From Bdellovibrionota bacterium (GTDB taxonomy: Bacteria; Bdellovibrionota_C; UBA2361; SZUA-149; CAZDWZ01): a DNA stretch of 64,000 bases. Of this stretch, positions 1-9,258 are shown one piece after another. Numbering within the stretch: the stretch's first letter is position 1; each line of letters starts with the position of its first letter. The stretch lies in contig JAXLVP010000001.1 in NCBI GenBank assembly GCA_046328905.1, positions 2,030,731-2,094,730 of the forward strand, given 5' to 3'. Position numbers and translations under genes: made by a program. The notes below the pieces were generated by a model. It was given only the letters and a program-made list of their open reading frames with translations. It did no database searches and had not been told where the DNA came from.

Positions 1-1485
1 CAGACCCAGACGACCGCCGTCCAACCACTTCCGGTTCACGCGGCGTACCGGCCGGTGAATGGATCGGTCGACTATTGGGGCTACGGTCCCATGGCGTTCT
101 TGGCGCCGGAGCCCGCTCATTCAGCGTTCCGAGATCCGCAGGACCAGGTTGATGAGCTGAAGCTCGCAGGACGACGCTTACGCCAAGCCGGAATCGAGTT
201 CATCATCGACGTTGTCTTCAATCATACGAGTGAAGGCAACGAGCTCGGTCCGACACTCTCGTTGAAGGGAGCAGGAAACGGCGAATATTACCGGCTGAGC
301 CGTTCGGAACGGGGTCCCGGAGAATACCGTGGATATTATGACCTGAGCGGAACCGGCAACACGATGAACATGGAACAGCCGGCCCCGCTTCAGCTCGTCA
401 TCGACGCTATGGTCATGTGGGTCACGGTCTACCGCGTTGACGGATTTCGTTTCGACCTGGCTTGGGCGCTCCGAAGCCTCGGTTCGCTCGATTCCTTGGG
501 GACATTCTTCCAAACCGTTGCAGCTCACCCGATCCTTTCGAAGGTCAAGCTCATTGCGGAACCTTGGGATACGCGTTCCTCCGGTCTGGGATGCTTTCCA
601 TCGCCGTGGGTTGAGTTCAACGGAGAGTATCGAGACCAAGTGCGGCGCTTCTGGCGCGGCGACCGAGGATTCGCCGGTCAACTTTCGGATGCGCTTGTCG
701 GCTCTCAACGCCGTTTCCCGCATCGAAGCAGGCCGTATCAAAGCTTGGGAAACATCACCTGCCACGACGGTCCTCCGCTCCCGGACCTGACCGCGTACGA
801 GATGAAGCACAATGAGGAGAACGGCGAGGGGAACCGCGACGGCAACGACTGCTGCTGGGGCAGGAACTACGGTGTCGAAGGACCGACCAACGATCCCGTC
901 ATTCTCGCTATCCGCCGCCGTCAGTGCCGCAACATGCTCGGCACGTTGTTCCTCTCTCAGGGGCCGCTGCTCACTCAGGCGCTGGACTGGTTCCTTCAGT
1001 CGAACGAGGGCAACAACAACCCGTGGTGCCAGGATAACCGACGCTTCTGGCTGAAGTGGCGGAACAGGAATGTCGAGTTCTTCTCCTTTTGGCAGGGGAT
1101 AAGCGCGCTGCGAAGGCGCTTCCTCGCAATCGCCCGGCATAAGGGGAAGGACGCTCAGCTCCGCTGGCTCTGCCAAACCGGCGCCGAGATGACGCGAAGC
1201 GACTGGGAGGAGGAGCTCCGGAAGCATTTGGGGCTATCGTTCCTCTCGGTCGAAGTCGATGGCAAGAAGATGGTCGGTCGCGCGATGTTGATGATCCTCT
1301 GCTCTGCAGACGAGCACCACACCGTGACGTATCGTTTTCCCGCGCTTCCGGAAGGCGCCGGAACGCCAGTGCGGATCCTCGAGACGCACGATGACACCGA
1401 CATCTTCGCCGAAGTCCCGCTCACAGACGGACATTACAATCTCCGTCCGCAGAGCCTGGTCGTCATCAAGGTCCCGCTCCTCTAG
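1..1485 (+). CDS. glgX: Glycogen debranching enzyme GlgX (GH13 isoamylase-type), 5'-truncated at the window edge
   Basis: The reading frame is open from nt 1. The motifs VVFNHTSEG, GFRFDLA, IAEPWD and NNNPWCQDN are characteristic of GlgX/TreX-type debranching enzymes. Confidence 0.8.
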   Translation, partial: QTQTTAVQPLPVHAAYRPVNGSVDYWGYGPMAFLAPEPAHSAFRDPQDQVDELKLAGRRLRQAGIEFIIDVVFNHTSEGNELGPTLSLKGAGNGEYYRLSRSERGPGEYRGYYDLSGTGNTMNMEQPAPLQLVIDAMVMWVTVYRVDGFRFDLAWALRSLGSLDSLGTFFQTVAAHPILSKVKLIAEPWDTRSSGLGCFPSPWVEFNGEYRDQVRRFWRGDRGFAGQLSDALVGSQRRFPHRSRPYQSLGNITCHDGPPLPDLTAYEMKHNEENGEGNRDGNDCCWGRNYGVEGPTNDPVILAIRRRQCRNMLGTLFLSQGPLLTQALDWFLQSNEGNNNPWCQDNRRFWLKWRNRNVEFFSFWQGISALRRRFLAIARHKGKDAQLRWLCQTGAEMTRSDWEEELRKHLGLSFLSVEVDGKKMVGRAMLMILCSADEHHTVTYRFPALPEGAGTPVRILETHDDTDIFAEVPLTDGHYNLRPQSLVVIKVPLL

Positions 1486-1698
1486 CTTGGGGAATGCCGA
1501 GGAGCGAGACGCCTGGCGGGCTGCGCTTTCACGCGCTCCCGTCAGGTTTTCATTTCGGTTTTTGCAAAGGCCGATGAGAACAGTTTCCACCTCAATCGCT
1601 CCCCTTCTCACGAGCGGGAGCCCAAAAAGAGCTGGACGAATCAGGACGATGTTGTCAGTTTAACTTCGCAGCTTCCCTCGCAAAAACCGACACGAGCT

Positions 1699-1729
1699 TG
1701 TTACAATCATGTTACACATCGCTGTAACA
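1699..1729. promoter_or_regulatory. TGTTACA x2 direct repeat plus inverted TGTAACA, upstream of the ECF sigma gene; candidate operator or promoter element
   Basis: The sequence reads TGTTACAatcaTGTTACAcatcgcTGTAACA and lies about 90 bp upstream of the sigma factor start. Confidence 0.3.
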
Positions 1730-1817
1730 GCGACTTTTCCTCCCACCACCAAGTATCTATGGGGCGCTTGCTGCCCGGGGTTCAACCGCGGCTATTTCAG
1801 CTGGGTGCGGAGACGCG

Positions 1818-2420
1818 ATGTCCGGTGCTGACGATCTCGAAGACCGACGGTATCTGGAGCGCGTTCTCGGCGGAGACAAGGCAGCGTTTGCGCTTTTAGT
1901 CGAGAAGTATGAGCTGTATGTGCGGCGTATGGTGGCACGGCACGTGAAGCCGTCCGACACCGACGACGTCGCGCAGCAGGGGTTTGTCGAAGTGTACCGG
2001 TCGCTCGGCAGCTTCCGGGGGGACAGCTCATTCAAGACCTGGATGACTCGCATCGTGCTCCGCCAATGCTATGCATACTGGCGGCAACGGAAGGCGAGAC
2101 CCGAAATCGCCGTGAGCCAGATCTCTGCCGAGCAAGCCAACTGGCTCGAGCAGACAATCGCGGGCACATCCTCGGCGAGCTACGAGGAGGGTGAAGACCT
2201 CAGACGCGCAAGAGAAGTGTTGACACTAGCTCTCGCACGGCTGGGCGCGGATGACCGGATGATCGTTACACTTGCGCTTCTCGAGGACCGCCCACTCGAT
2301 GAAGTAGCTGCGGTGCTCGGATGGAGCAGCGTGCGGGTTCGTGTACGCATTCACCGGGTTCGGGGGAAACTGAAGAGCATTATCGAAGAGCTGACAAACG
2401 AACGGGAGTCCTCGTCATGA
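1818..2420 (+). CDS. RNA polymerase sigma-70 factor, ECF subfamily
   Basis: Regions 2 and 4 are recognisable (DDVAQQGFVEVYRSLGSF; C-terminal HTH LDEVAAVLGWSSVRVRVRIHRVRGKLK). Length is about 200 aa. Confidence 0.85.
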   Translation: MSGADDLEDRRYLERVLGGDKAAFALLVEKYELYVRRMVARHVKPSDTDDVAQQGFVEVYRSLGSFRGDSSFKTWMTRIVLRQCYAYWRQRKARPEIAVSQISAEQANWLEQTIAGTSSASYEEGEDLRRAREVLTLALARLGADDRMIVTLALLEDRPLDEVAAVLGWSSVRVRVRIHRVRGKLKSIIEELTNERESSS

Positions 2421-2833
2421 AGCTATCACGGGACATTTTTGAGCAACTGCTGTCAGCGTTCAAACGGGCGTGGCTCGATTCTGCGTCGCCGTCGCCCGAC
2501 AGCGCCTTCCGGAAGTCTGTTCTCCGAGAAGTGGACAGCGTCGAGCAAAGCGGAGTAGCGGGTCTCTCTCTCTTGGAGCAGAAATTTCGAGCGAGCTTGC
2601 TCCTCGGCCCTGAACCCGAGGCAAGCGCCGAGTTCCGCCGTCAGATCGCCGATCGAATCCGCAAAGAGCCCGCATACGAGGCGGAGCCGTCGGTGGTTGA
2701 TATTATGCTTACTCTCGCAGAGCAGTACGGCGTGAGGCTCTGCTCGGCATCCGTTCTTTTTGCTGTTGTAACGATCTCCCGTATCGGGTTGGTTCCGAAG
2801 CTGCCGCTCGACGTGACGATGTTCATAGGATAG
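2417..2833 (+). CDS. Putative anti-sigma factor; small protein with a C-terminal TM segment, translationally coupled (ATGA overlap) to the ECF sigma gene
   Basis: Its ATG overlaps the sigma TGA. It is 138 aa with a hydrophobic C-terminal segment (VLFAVVTISRIGLV). The call rests on operon position only. Confidence 0.45.
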   Translation: MKLSRDIFEQLLSAFKRAWLDSASPSPDSAFRKSVLREVDSVEQSGVAGLSLLEQKFRASLLLGPEPEASAEFRRQIADRIRKEPAYEAEPSVVDIMLTLAEQYGVRLCSASVLFAVVTISRIGLVPKLPLDVTMFIG

Positions 2834-2840
2834 GTCCGCT

Positions 2841-3521
2841 ATGCGAGTTTCTCGCCGCTACTATGCTTGGTTTTGCCTGGGGCTCGTGTTCCTTTCGGGC
2901 GGTGTCGCCGGTGCGATGGCGGTTCGGTTCTATATCGGCGCAACGATCAATCGGTTCATCGACTCCGACGAGAATCAGATCGAGAACTTCATCGTCGACC
3001 TCGTCGAGCGCAACTTCAAGATCGCCCCGGAGAACGTTCCAGCTTTACGCCAGCTCCTGAGTGAGTCATTCGACGCCGGGAAAGTGGCTGCTATGCGCAA
3101 TCGGCCGGACATCATGGTCGTGCTGAACGATTTTTTCACCCGTGAGAAGCCGCTCATAGACCCGTCGAAATACGAACATTTCGACATGATTATCCGCCGC
3201 GCTCTGATGGATCAGGGCGATGCTAACCGTTCCTCCTTTTGCTTTACGCTCGATCTGAGCACCGATGAAATGCTGAGGCTCGACGAAATTTATGCAAAGC
3301 ACTACCAGGAGCTGCGAGGAGACAAGCCGCTTTCGATTGAGCGCCTCAGGACCGTCGGCAAAGAGCTGCTCATCAAAAGCATTCCGGAGCTCCGTCCGAC
3401 TCTCTCCCCGGAAAAGCAGGCGAAGCTCGATGCACTCGGTCCGAATCTGGAGAACCTGAAGCTCGTGCCCCGTCGCACGATTCTGAAGGCGTTCGAATGG
3501 CCCGGATTCCCCGAAGCGTAG
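2841..3521 (+). CDS. Membrane-anchored periplasmic protein, possibly Spy/CpxP-like (LTXXQ-type) stress protein
   Basis: N-terminal signal/TM segment (AWFCLGLVFLSGGVAGAMA), a helical body and an LSPEKQ motif. It is the third gene of the ECF module. Confidence 0.35.
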   Translation: MRVSRRYYAWFCLGLVFLSGGVAGAMAVRFYIGATINRFIDSDENQIENFIVDLVERNFKIAPENVPALRQLLSESFDAGKVAAMRNRPDIMVVLNDFFTREKPLIDPSKYEHFDMIIRRALMDQGDANRSSFCFTLDLSTDEMLRLDEIYAKHYQELRGDKPLSIERLRTVGKELLIKSIPELRPTLSPEKQAKLDALGPNLENLKLVPRRTILKAFEWPGFPEA

Positions 3522-3800
3522 TCAGCACTGAAAGGAAGAAGTCGGAAACGCTGATGCCGGACGGCAATTACGAGAGAAAGAAAAGGGCGACTGCGCAGTT
3601 TGGATGAGACGGAGTGAAATCCACGCAGCCGCCCAAGACGCACATCCATGGGCTAGGTGAGTCTCGAGCTCGTCCAACGAATGGAAAAAACTGAGCTCAC
3701 TCAGATCACGCAAGTCGCGTCATCTCCCTGTTTGTGAGCCACTCTCCGGAAAATGTTACCCAAACTGTCGCCCAGGGGAGAAAATTCGCAAAAGCGAAAC

Positions 3801-4742
3801 TCAGCGGACGTAGATCCAAGTGAGCTCATGCTTATTGTGAAAGAGGTGGAGCACCCTACCACCGGGGATATTCCGGAAGCGTTTGATCACGCCGTACGGC
3901 TTTTCCCCCTGGAATTTTAGCGTGCAGATCATGTTCGGGGGCTGCTCCTGCCGCAACCAGAGCTCAATCCACTCGAGAAGCTTCTCCGGGTAGCAGATCA
4001 CGTCCGAAAAAACCCAATCGAATGTCTGTTCACCGGACGGAAGGATCGAGAAAGCATCGCCCTTCTGGAAATGGACCCGCGTGTTCCGCATCAGCTCGGG
4101 GGCAAGGGTAGATCTGTCTACGCTCCAAACCTCCGCTCCGAGTTGCGCCAGTACCCAAGTCCATCCGCCGGGACTTGCTCCGGCATCCAAACAACGCTCC
4201 CCCGCTTGTGGGTAACGTCCGCAGAGCGTCAATGCTTCCCAGAGCTTGAGATAGGCTCGGCTCGGGGGATCGGATCTGTTCTCGACGAAACGCAGCTCGC
4301 CGTTCGGAACCGGAGACGAGCACTCCGCCGAGCACAGAATCGTATTCGGGGCGATGAGCGTCCATGAACCTAGAGGCGAAGAAGGCAGCTTACCGGGAAA
4401 TTCGATCGGCTTCGCAGAGACATGCGGAAGCTGCTCTTGGATCAGCTTCGCTCTGCGATGGAGCTGCGAAGAATAGAGTGCCCAATTCCGCTGAACGGCT
4501 CGCAGCTGTTTGGCCGCGTCGGCGATCGACGAGAACTCAAAGCGGTACGGGGCAAGCCAGATATTTTGGGCCCATGCACACGGCTTCGCTATGCCTTTGA
4601 CGAGCACCAGCCGTTCGTGGGTCTCGAGCGGTTTTCCGAGCTCCTCGAGCATCGGAACGACGAGATCTTCAGGCGCCAGATAGCCGGTCGCATTCAACTT
4701 TTCCATGTACGCCGGAAGTGTTCTGAAAGAATGACGGCACAC
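3801..4742 (-). CDS. rlmM: FtsJ-fold rRNA 2'-O-ribose methyltransferase, RlmM-like
   Basis: The C-terminal half carries the SAM-binding motif LDAGASPGGWTWVL, and the overall architecture resembles RlmM/YgdE. A short overlap with the upstream gene suggests the real start may be at an internal Met. Confidence 0.6.
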   Translation of the reverse strand: MCRHSFRTLPAYMEKLNATGYLAPEDLVVPMLEELGKPLETHERLVLVKGIAKPCAWAQNIWLAPYRFEFSSIADAAKQLRAVQRNWALYSSQLHRRAKLIQEQLPHVSAKPIEFPGKLPSSPLGSWTLIAPNTILCSAECSSPVPNGELRFVENRSDPPSRAYLKLWEALTLCGRYPQAGERCLDAGASPGGWTWVLAQLGAEVWSVDRSTLAPELMRNTRVHFQKGDAFSILPSGEQTFDWVFSDVICYPEKLLEWIELWLRQEQPPNMICTLKFQGEKPYGVIKRFRNIPGGRVLHLFHNKHELTWIYVR

Positions 4743-5455
4743 GCGCTCGAAACGTTCAGGCTCTCCACTTCACCGCTGCCGGGAATAGTCAGTAGTGTGT
4801 CGGCGAGTGCAGCGACTGGACGAGAGATGCCGCTTCCCTCCGAGCCGAGCACAAAGACTGTGTTCGGTTTGAAATCTATTCGATACAGCGGCTCCCCGTT
4901 TTTCACGGTAGTCGCGCAGATACGGTAGCCCGAACGTTTCAAACGCTCGAAGCTCTGTCGGACGTTTTCGATGCTCGCCAACTGGACGTATTCGGCGGCG
5001 CCTTCGGCGATGCGGCATGCCGCGGCAGGGAGCGGTGAAAGCCCTTCGCTCATCAACAGCTTGACTCCGAAGTGGGCGCAAGTTCTCAGGATCGAACCGA
5101 TGTTATGGGGATTCTCGACTCCGTCGAGATAGACTATCGGTCCGTTCAGCGCGCCACCGGCTAACTTCTTCGTGAGGTCTTCCTCCGTAAGCAGCGGACG
5201 ACGCTTCGCAAGCACACAGATTCCTTCGTGGTGCTTCGACGCCGTGATGGGCTCGAGCTCTGCAGACGGAACCACTCTGTAGGGAAGCTTTTCTTTGGCG
5301 CACCATTTGAGCAGCAGCCCAAACGCCTTGGTCTCCGATTCCGAGACATATACCCGCTGGATATCCGCGCGGCGCCGCTTGAACACAGCGAGACAGGCGT
5401 TCCTACCGTAATACTTGAGCTCATGCTTCTTGAGCTTTGCGGATTCCGAGGTCAT
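4694..5455 (-). CDS. TrmH/SpoU family RNA 2'-O-methyltransferase (RlmB-like)
   Basis: SpoU motifs are present: VYLDGVENPHNIGSILRTCAHFGV, FVLGSEGSGIS and ESLNVSSACAVIL. Confidence 0.8.
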   Translation of the reverse strand: MTSESAKLKKHELKYYGRNACLAVFKRRRADIQRVYVSESETKAFGLLLKWCAKEKLPYRVVPSAELEPITASKHHEGICVLAKRRPLLTEEDLTKKLAGGALNGPIVYLDGVENPHNIGSILRTCAHFGVKLLMSEGLSPLPAAACRIAEGAAEYVQLASIENVRQSFERLKRSGYRICATTVKNGEPLYRIDFKPNTVFVLGSEGSGISRPVAALADTLLTIPGSGEVESLNVSSACAVILSEHFRRTWKS

Positions 5456-5503
5456 GAGACAGTCACTAGCACTGAGCCTGGGGAAACGACAGCGGCGAGC
5501 TGT

Positions 5504-6346
5504 CTACCAGGGTACGAGCGAAAACGGCCAGCGCCGGCCGACCACATTTCCCGGTTTCCGGTAAAAGGAGCGCACCAGATCGTCAGCAAACGAGTCGGCG
5601 ATCTCGTGCAGAGCACTCGAGACCGTCAAGCGATTGATGTCGACGATCTTCACCTGTGGAAAGCGGCGGTCAAGCAGCTCCATTTTAATTTCTCCCGAGT
5701 GTTCGTCTACGAGCCGAGCTTCAAGAGTGAGTGAAGGAGACTTTACCGCGGTCGACATATTCGCCACTCCCGGCACCGGAACTGCGAGCAGCCCGGCGTA
5801 AACGACGGGATCGCCGAAATCAGCTTCGGCGATGGAGATCTGCACGCGCAGCGCACGGCTACCTGGGTCGATCAGCTCGACCGGAGTTGCGGGCACCGGC
5901 GGCGGAAGAGCGAGCTTCTCTACTTCGAGCTCCCACTGCTGCACGGCCGGCAGCGGCTTGACGCTCACCTGAGCCGCCTTCTCGGGATAGCTCTTGAATC
6001 GCTCCGTCACCTCTCGCTGGATGTAGTCGGCAAGCTCGTTGAGCCGATCGACATATGCAGCCCTGCTCGGCAGAAGAGCACTCGCGCTGTAAATCCAGCG
6101 CGACGTATCAACATAGTCGGTTCTCACGGCTTCGACGATCAGGGTCTCATATTGTGAGGCACCGATGTTCGGCGCGATCCATGCCAGGTCGAACGGCGTC
6201 ACGTCGGTCTTTTCGAGATTTTCGTGCTCGATAAAAGAAGTGGGACGGAGGTCCTGGATCGCGTCCCTTACCGTGCAGCCACCGGTGAAGATCCAAAGCG
6301 CACCGGCAAGAGCACAGGAAACGAACGTGAATTGGGAGCGGGACAT
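5504..6346 (-). CDS. Hypothetical lipoprotein
   Basis: Signal peptide with a lipobox (ALWIFTGGC). The start was taken at the internal Met of the longer ORF. Confidence 0.5.
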   Translation of the reverse strand: MSRSQFTFVSCALAGALWIFTGGCTVRDAIQDLRPTSFIEHENLEKTDVTPFDLAWIAPNIGASQYETLIVEAVRTDYVDTSRWIYSASALLPSRAAYVDRLNELADYIQREVTERFKSYPEKAAQVSVKPLPAVQQWELEVEKLALPPPVPATPVELIDPGSRALRVQISIAEADFGDPVVYAGLLAVPVPGVANMSTAVKSPSLTLEARLVDEHSGEIKMELLDRRFPQVKIVDINRLTVSSALHEIADSFADDLVRSFYRKPGNVVGRRWPFSLVPW

Positions 6347-6606
6347 CCACAGCTCATATCCCGGGAAAACCCGCATGTCGACGCACAACCGGCTTTGGGG
6401 CGTCAGGCCTCCATTGTCGATTAAATTACAGCGTTTAAGTCATAAAAATGTGCGCGCTTTGACGTTCGGTCACATAAAATTGGAGGGATACGGCCGTTCG
6501 GCTGTGCGGTCGGAGGCGGCAGCGCAATGCGGATATTCGCATAGTATGGTAGCAATTCACCGGACGCTAACACCTCTACAATAACCCCCTAAATTTTTAG
6601 CCAACT

Positions 6607-9258
6607 GTGAAGACCGAAGATATCCGCAACGCTTTTCTCCGATTCTTTGAAAGTAAGGGTCATACGATCGTCAATAGCTCCTCCCTGGTTCCCGCCGGAG
6701 ATCCGACTCTGTTGTTTACCAACGCCGGGATGGTGCAGTTCAAAGACTGCTTCCTCGGTACGGATAAGCGCGCATACACTCGAGCGACCACCTGTCAGAA
6801 GAGTCTGCGTATCTCGGGGAAACACAACGACCTCGAGAACGTCGGCCGGACCGCTCGGCACCACACGTTCTTCGAGATGCTCGGCAACTTCTCGTTCGGA
6901 GATTATTTCAAGCAGGATGCGATCAAATACGCGTGGGAGTTCGTAACGGAAGTTCTCGGCCTGCCGAAAAATCGGCTCTGGGTCACCGTTTATGAGGAAG
7001 ACGACGAAGCTGCAGAGCTTTGGGCTGCAAACACTGATGTGCCCAAAGAGCGTATCCTCCGATTCGGCAAGGACGACAATTTCTGGGCGATGGGTGAAAC
7101 CGGTCCGTGCGGCCCGTGCTCAGAGATCTTTGTGTATCTCGGAGACAATATCGCCGGCCAATCCGAACAGGAGTTTCGCCACACCGACGGACTGTACATC
7201 GAGATCTGGAATCTCGTGTTCATGCAGTTCAATCGCAATCCGAAGGGAGAGCTCACCCCGCTGCCGAAGCCGTCTGTCGATACAGGTATGGGGCTTGAAC
7301 GGGTTGCAGCCGTAAAGCAAGGCGTTCGTTCCAACTACGATATCGACTCCATCCGGCGGATCATCACGCTCACCGAACAGCTCAGCGGGAAAAGCTACGT
7401 AGGTCACGACTACACGGCCCGCGACACCGAAACCGACCAGCAATACGCGGTCGACGTTGCGATGCGGGTCATCGCCGACCACAGCCGAGCGGCAACTTTT
7501 CTCATTGCCGACGGCGTCAACCCTGCCAGCGACGGTCGGGGTTATGTGCTTCGCCGCCTGATTCGCCGGGCATGCCGTCACGGACGCGTTCTCGGCTTCA
7601 CCAAGCCGTTCCTCTTCCAAGCGGCGACAGAAGTCGTCGCCGTCATGGGCGACGCATATCCCGAGATTCGCGCAAACGAAGCGAAGATTGCGAAGATTAT
7701 TCGGGCAGAAGAGGAGAAGTTCCTGGTCACCCTCGACACGGGAATTGGGATACTCAATACGGAGATTCAAACGGTCAAGAGCCGCTCTTCCAAAGTGCTC
7801 CCGGGCGAGATCGCTTTTCTCCTCCACGACACGTACGGCTTCCCGCTCGACCTGACAGAGGACCTTGCTCGCACCCAGGGTCTCACAGTCGATTCCGACG
7901 GCTTTTCCGCTTCGATGGAAAAGCAGCGTGAACGGTCACGCGCAGCACGAGCGTCGGATACCGAGCTGATCCTCCAGCGTTCCGTGAAGCCGCAGAAAAC
8001 GGAGTTCGTCGGCTACGAGTTTACTGAATACGAATCGAATGTCCTTTCGCTTTTTGACGCTTCCGGAGAGATCTCGTCGGCAAAAGCCGGCCAGGAAATC
8101 GTTGTCCTCGCGAAAGAGACACCGTTCTATGCGGAGTCCGGTGGTCAGGTCGGCGATACCGGAACAATCACCTGCAGCTCGGCGACCCTCGATGTCGTCG
8201 ACACTCAGAAGGTCGGCGGCGATACCATCGCCCACATCTGTCGCGTCACCGAAGGGGAGATCGCGCCGGGAGCAAACGTTCGGTTGGCTATCGACGCGGC
8301 GCGACGGCAGCGACTTCGCGTCAATCACTCCGCGACTCACCTGCTTCATCTTGCGCTCCGTGAGGTTCTCGGGGACCACGTAAAACAGGCAGGTTCCCGC
8401 GTCTCTGACCGCACATTGCGGTTCGACTTTTCGCATTTCGAACCAATTACGCCCGAACAGCTGCGCGAGATTGAGACCATCGCGAATCAGCAGATTCAAG
8501 CGAATCACGCTGTCACCACGCAGTTGATGCCCGTTGAAGAGGCGAAGCGAAGCGGCGCAATGGCGCTCTTCGGAGAAAAATACGGCTCTACAGTGCGGGT
8601 AGTCCAGATCGGACCCCGTTCTCGAGAGCTTTGCGGCGGGACCCATGCATCACGCTCCGGCGACTTGGGGCTTCTCACGATTCTGTCCGAGGGGAGCATC
8701 TCGGCAGGCGTTCGTCGGGTTGAAGCGACTGCCGGCGCGGGCGCGCTCCAAACCATCGCTGCGCAAAAGCAGCTTCTCGCTGAGCTGGGCGAACTCTTGA
8801 AGACCAGCGAGCGCGACCTTACCGAGCGCGTTTCCAAGATGCTCGAGCACCAACGCACTTTAGAGAAGGAAGCGTCGCGGCTCGACCAGATCATGAAAGC
8901 GGAGAAGAGCGCCGACCTTACGAAACACGCGTTTACTCTGCCGAATGGAACCAGGGTTGTGGCAAGCGTCATCGATGACGCTACACCGAAGCAGCTCCGC
9001 GAAGTCGCCGACAACCTGCGTGAGCGTCTGGGTTCCGGATGTATTGCACTGGCGACGGTAAACGACGGCAAAGCCGTTCTGCTTACCGCCGTTACCAAGG
9101 ATCTCGTTGACCGCTACCACGCCGGAACCCTGATGCAGGAGTTGGCGAAGGTCGTCGGCAGCCGCGGTGGCGGCAAAGCCGACCTCGCACAAGCCGGCGG
9201 GGGCGATCCGACGAAAATCGATCAGGCCCTCAAACGGTTTCAGGAGCTGCTCCAATGA
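6607..9258 (+). CDS. alaS: Alanine--tRNA ligase
   Basis: 883 aa with a GTG start. Class II motifs are present (FTNAGMVQFK) along with editing and C-terminal domains. It is unambiguous. Confidence 0.97.
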   Translation: MKTEDIRNAFLRFFESKGHTIVNSSSLVPAGDPTLLFTNAGMVQFKDCFLGTDKRAYTRATTCQKSLRISGKHNDLENVGRTARHHTFFEMLGNFSFGDYFKQDAIKYAWEFVTEVLGLPKNRLWVTVYEEDDEAAELWAANTDVPKERILRFGKDDNFWAMGETGPCGPCSEIFVYLGDNIAGQSEQEFRHTDGLYIEIWNLVFMQFNRNPKGELTPLPKPSVDTGMGLERVAAVKQGVRSNYDIDSIRRIITLTEQLSGKSYVGHDYTARDTETDQQYAVDVAMRVIADHSRAATFLIADGVNPASDGRGYVLRRLIRRACRHGRVLGFTKPFLFQAATEVVAVMGDAYPEIRANEAKIAKIIRAEEEKFLVTLDTGIGILNTEIQTVKSRSSKVLPGEIAFLLHDTYGFPLDLTEDLARTQGLTVDSDGFSASMEKQRERSRAARASDTELILQRSVKPQKTEFVGYEFTEYESNVLSLFDASGEISSAKAGQEIVVLAKETPFYAESGGQVGDTGTITCSSATLDVVDTQKVGGDTIAHICRVTEGEIAPGANVRLAIDAARRQRLRVNHSATHLLHLALREVLGDHVKQAGSRVSDRTLRFDFSHFEPITPEQLREIETIANQQIQANHAVTTQLMPVEEAKRSGAMALFGEKYGSTVRVVQIGPRSRELCGGTHASRSGDLGLLTILSEGSISAGVRRVEATAGAGALQTIAAQKQLLAELGELLKTSERDLTERVSKMLEHQRTLEKEASRLDQIMKAEKSADLTKHAFTLPNGTRVVASVIDDATPKQLREVADNLRERLGSGCIALATVNDGKAVLLTAVTKDLVDRYHAGTLMQELAKVVGSRGGGKADLAQAGGGDPTKIDQALKRFQELLQ

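Noticed and set aside
178-1227. Long antisense ORFs opposite real genes, such as 178-1227 (-), 7120-7827 (-), 10686-11693 (-), 12065-12937 (-), 20166-20855 (-), 41562-42800 (-), 44241-45179 (-) and 45285-46079 (-).
   Set aside because: They are typical high-GC stop-codon-poor artefacts. The products are low-complexity Arg/Ala/Pro-rich, have no recognisable motifs, and fully overlap strongly supported conserved genes.
1-1485. A possible catalytic-site degeneration in GlgX (a region reading ALDWF where I expected an AGDEx-like acidic motif).
   Set aside because: My alignment is from memory only. The Asp is still present and the other catalytic motifs (RFDLA, AEPWD) are intact, so this is not reportable without a real alignment.
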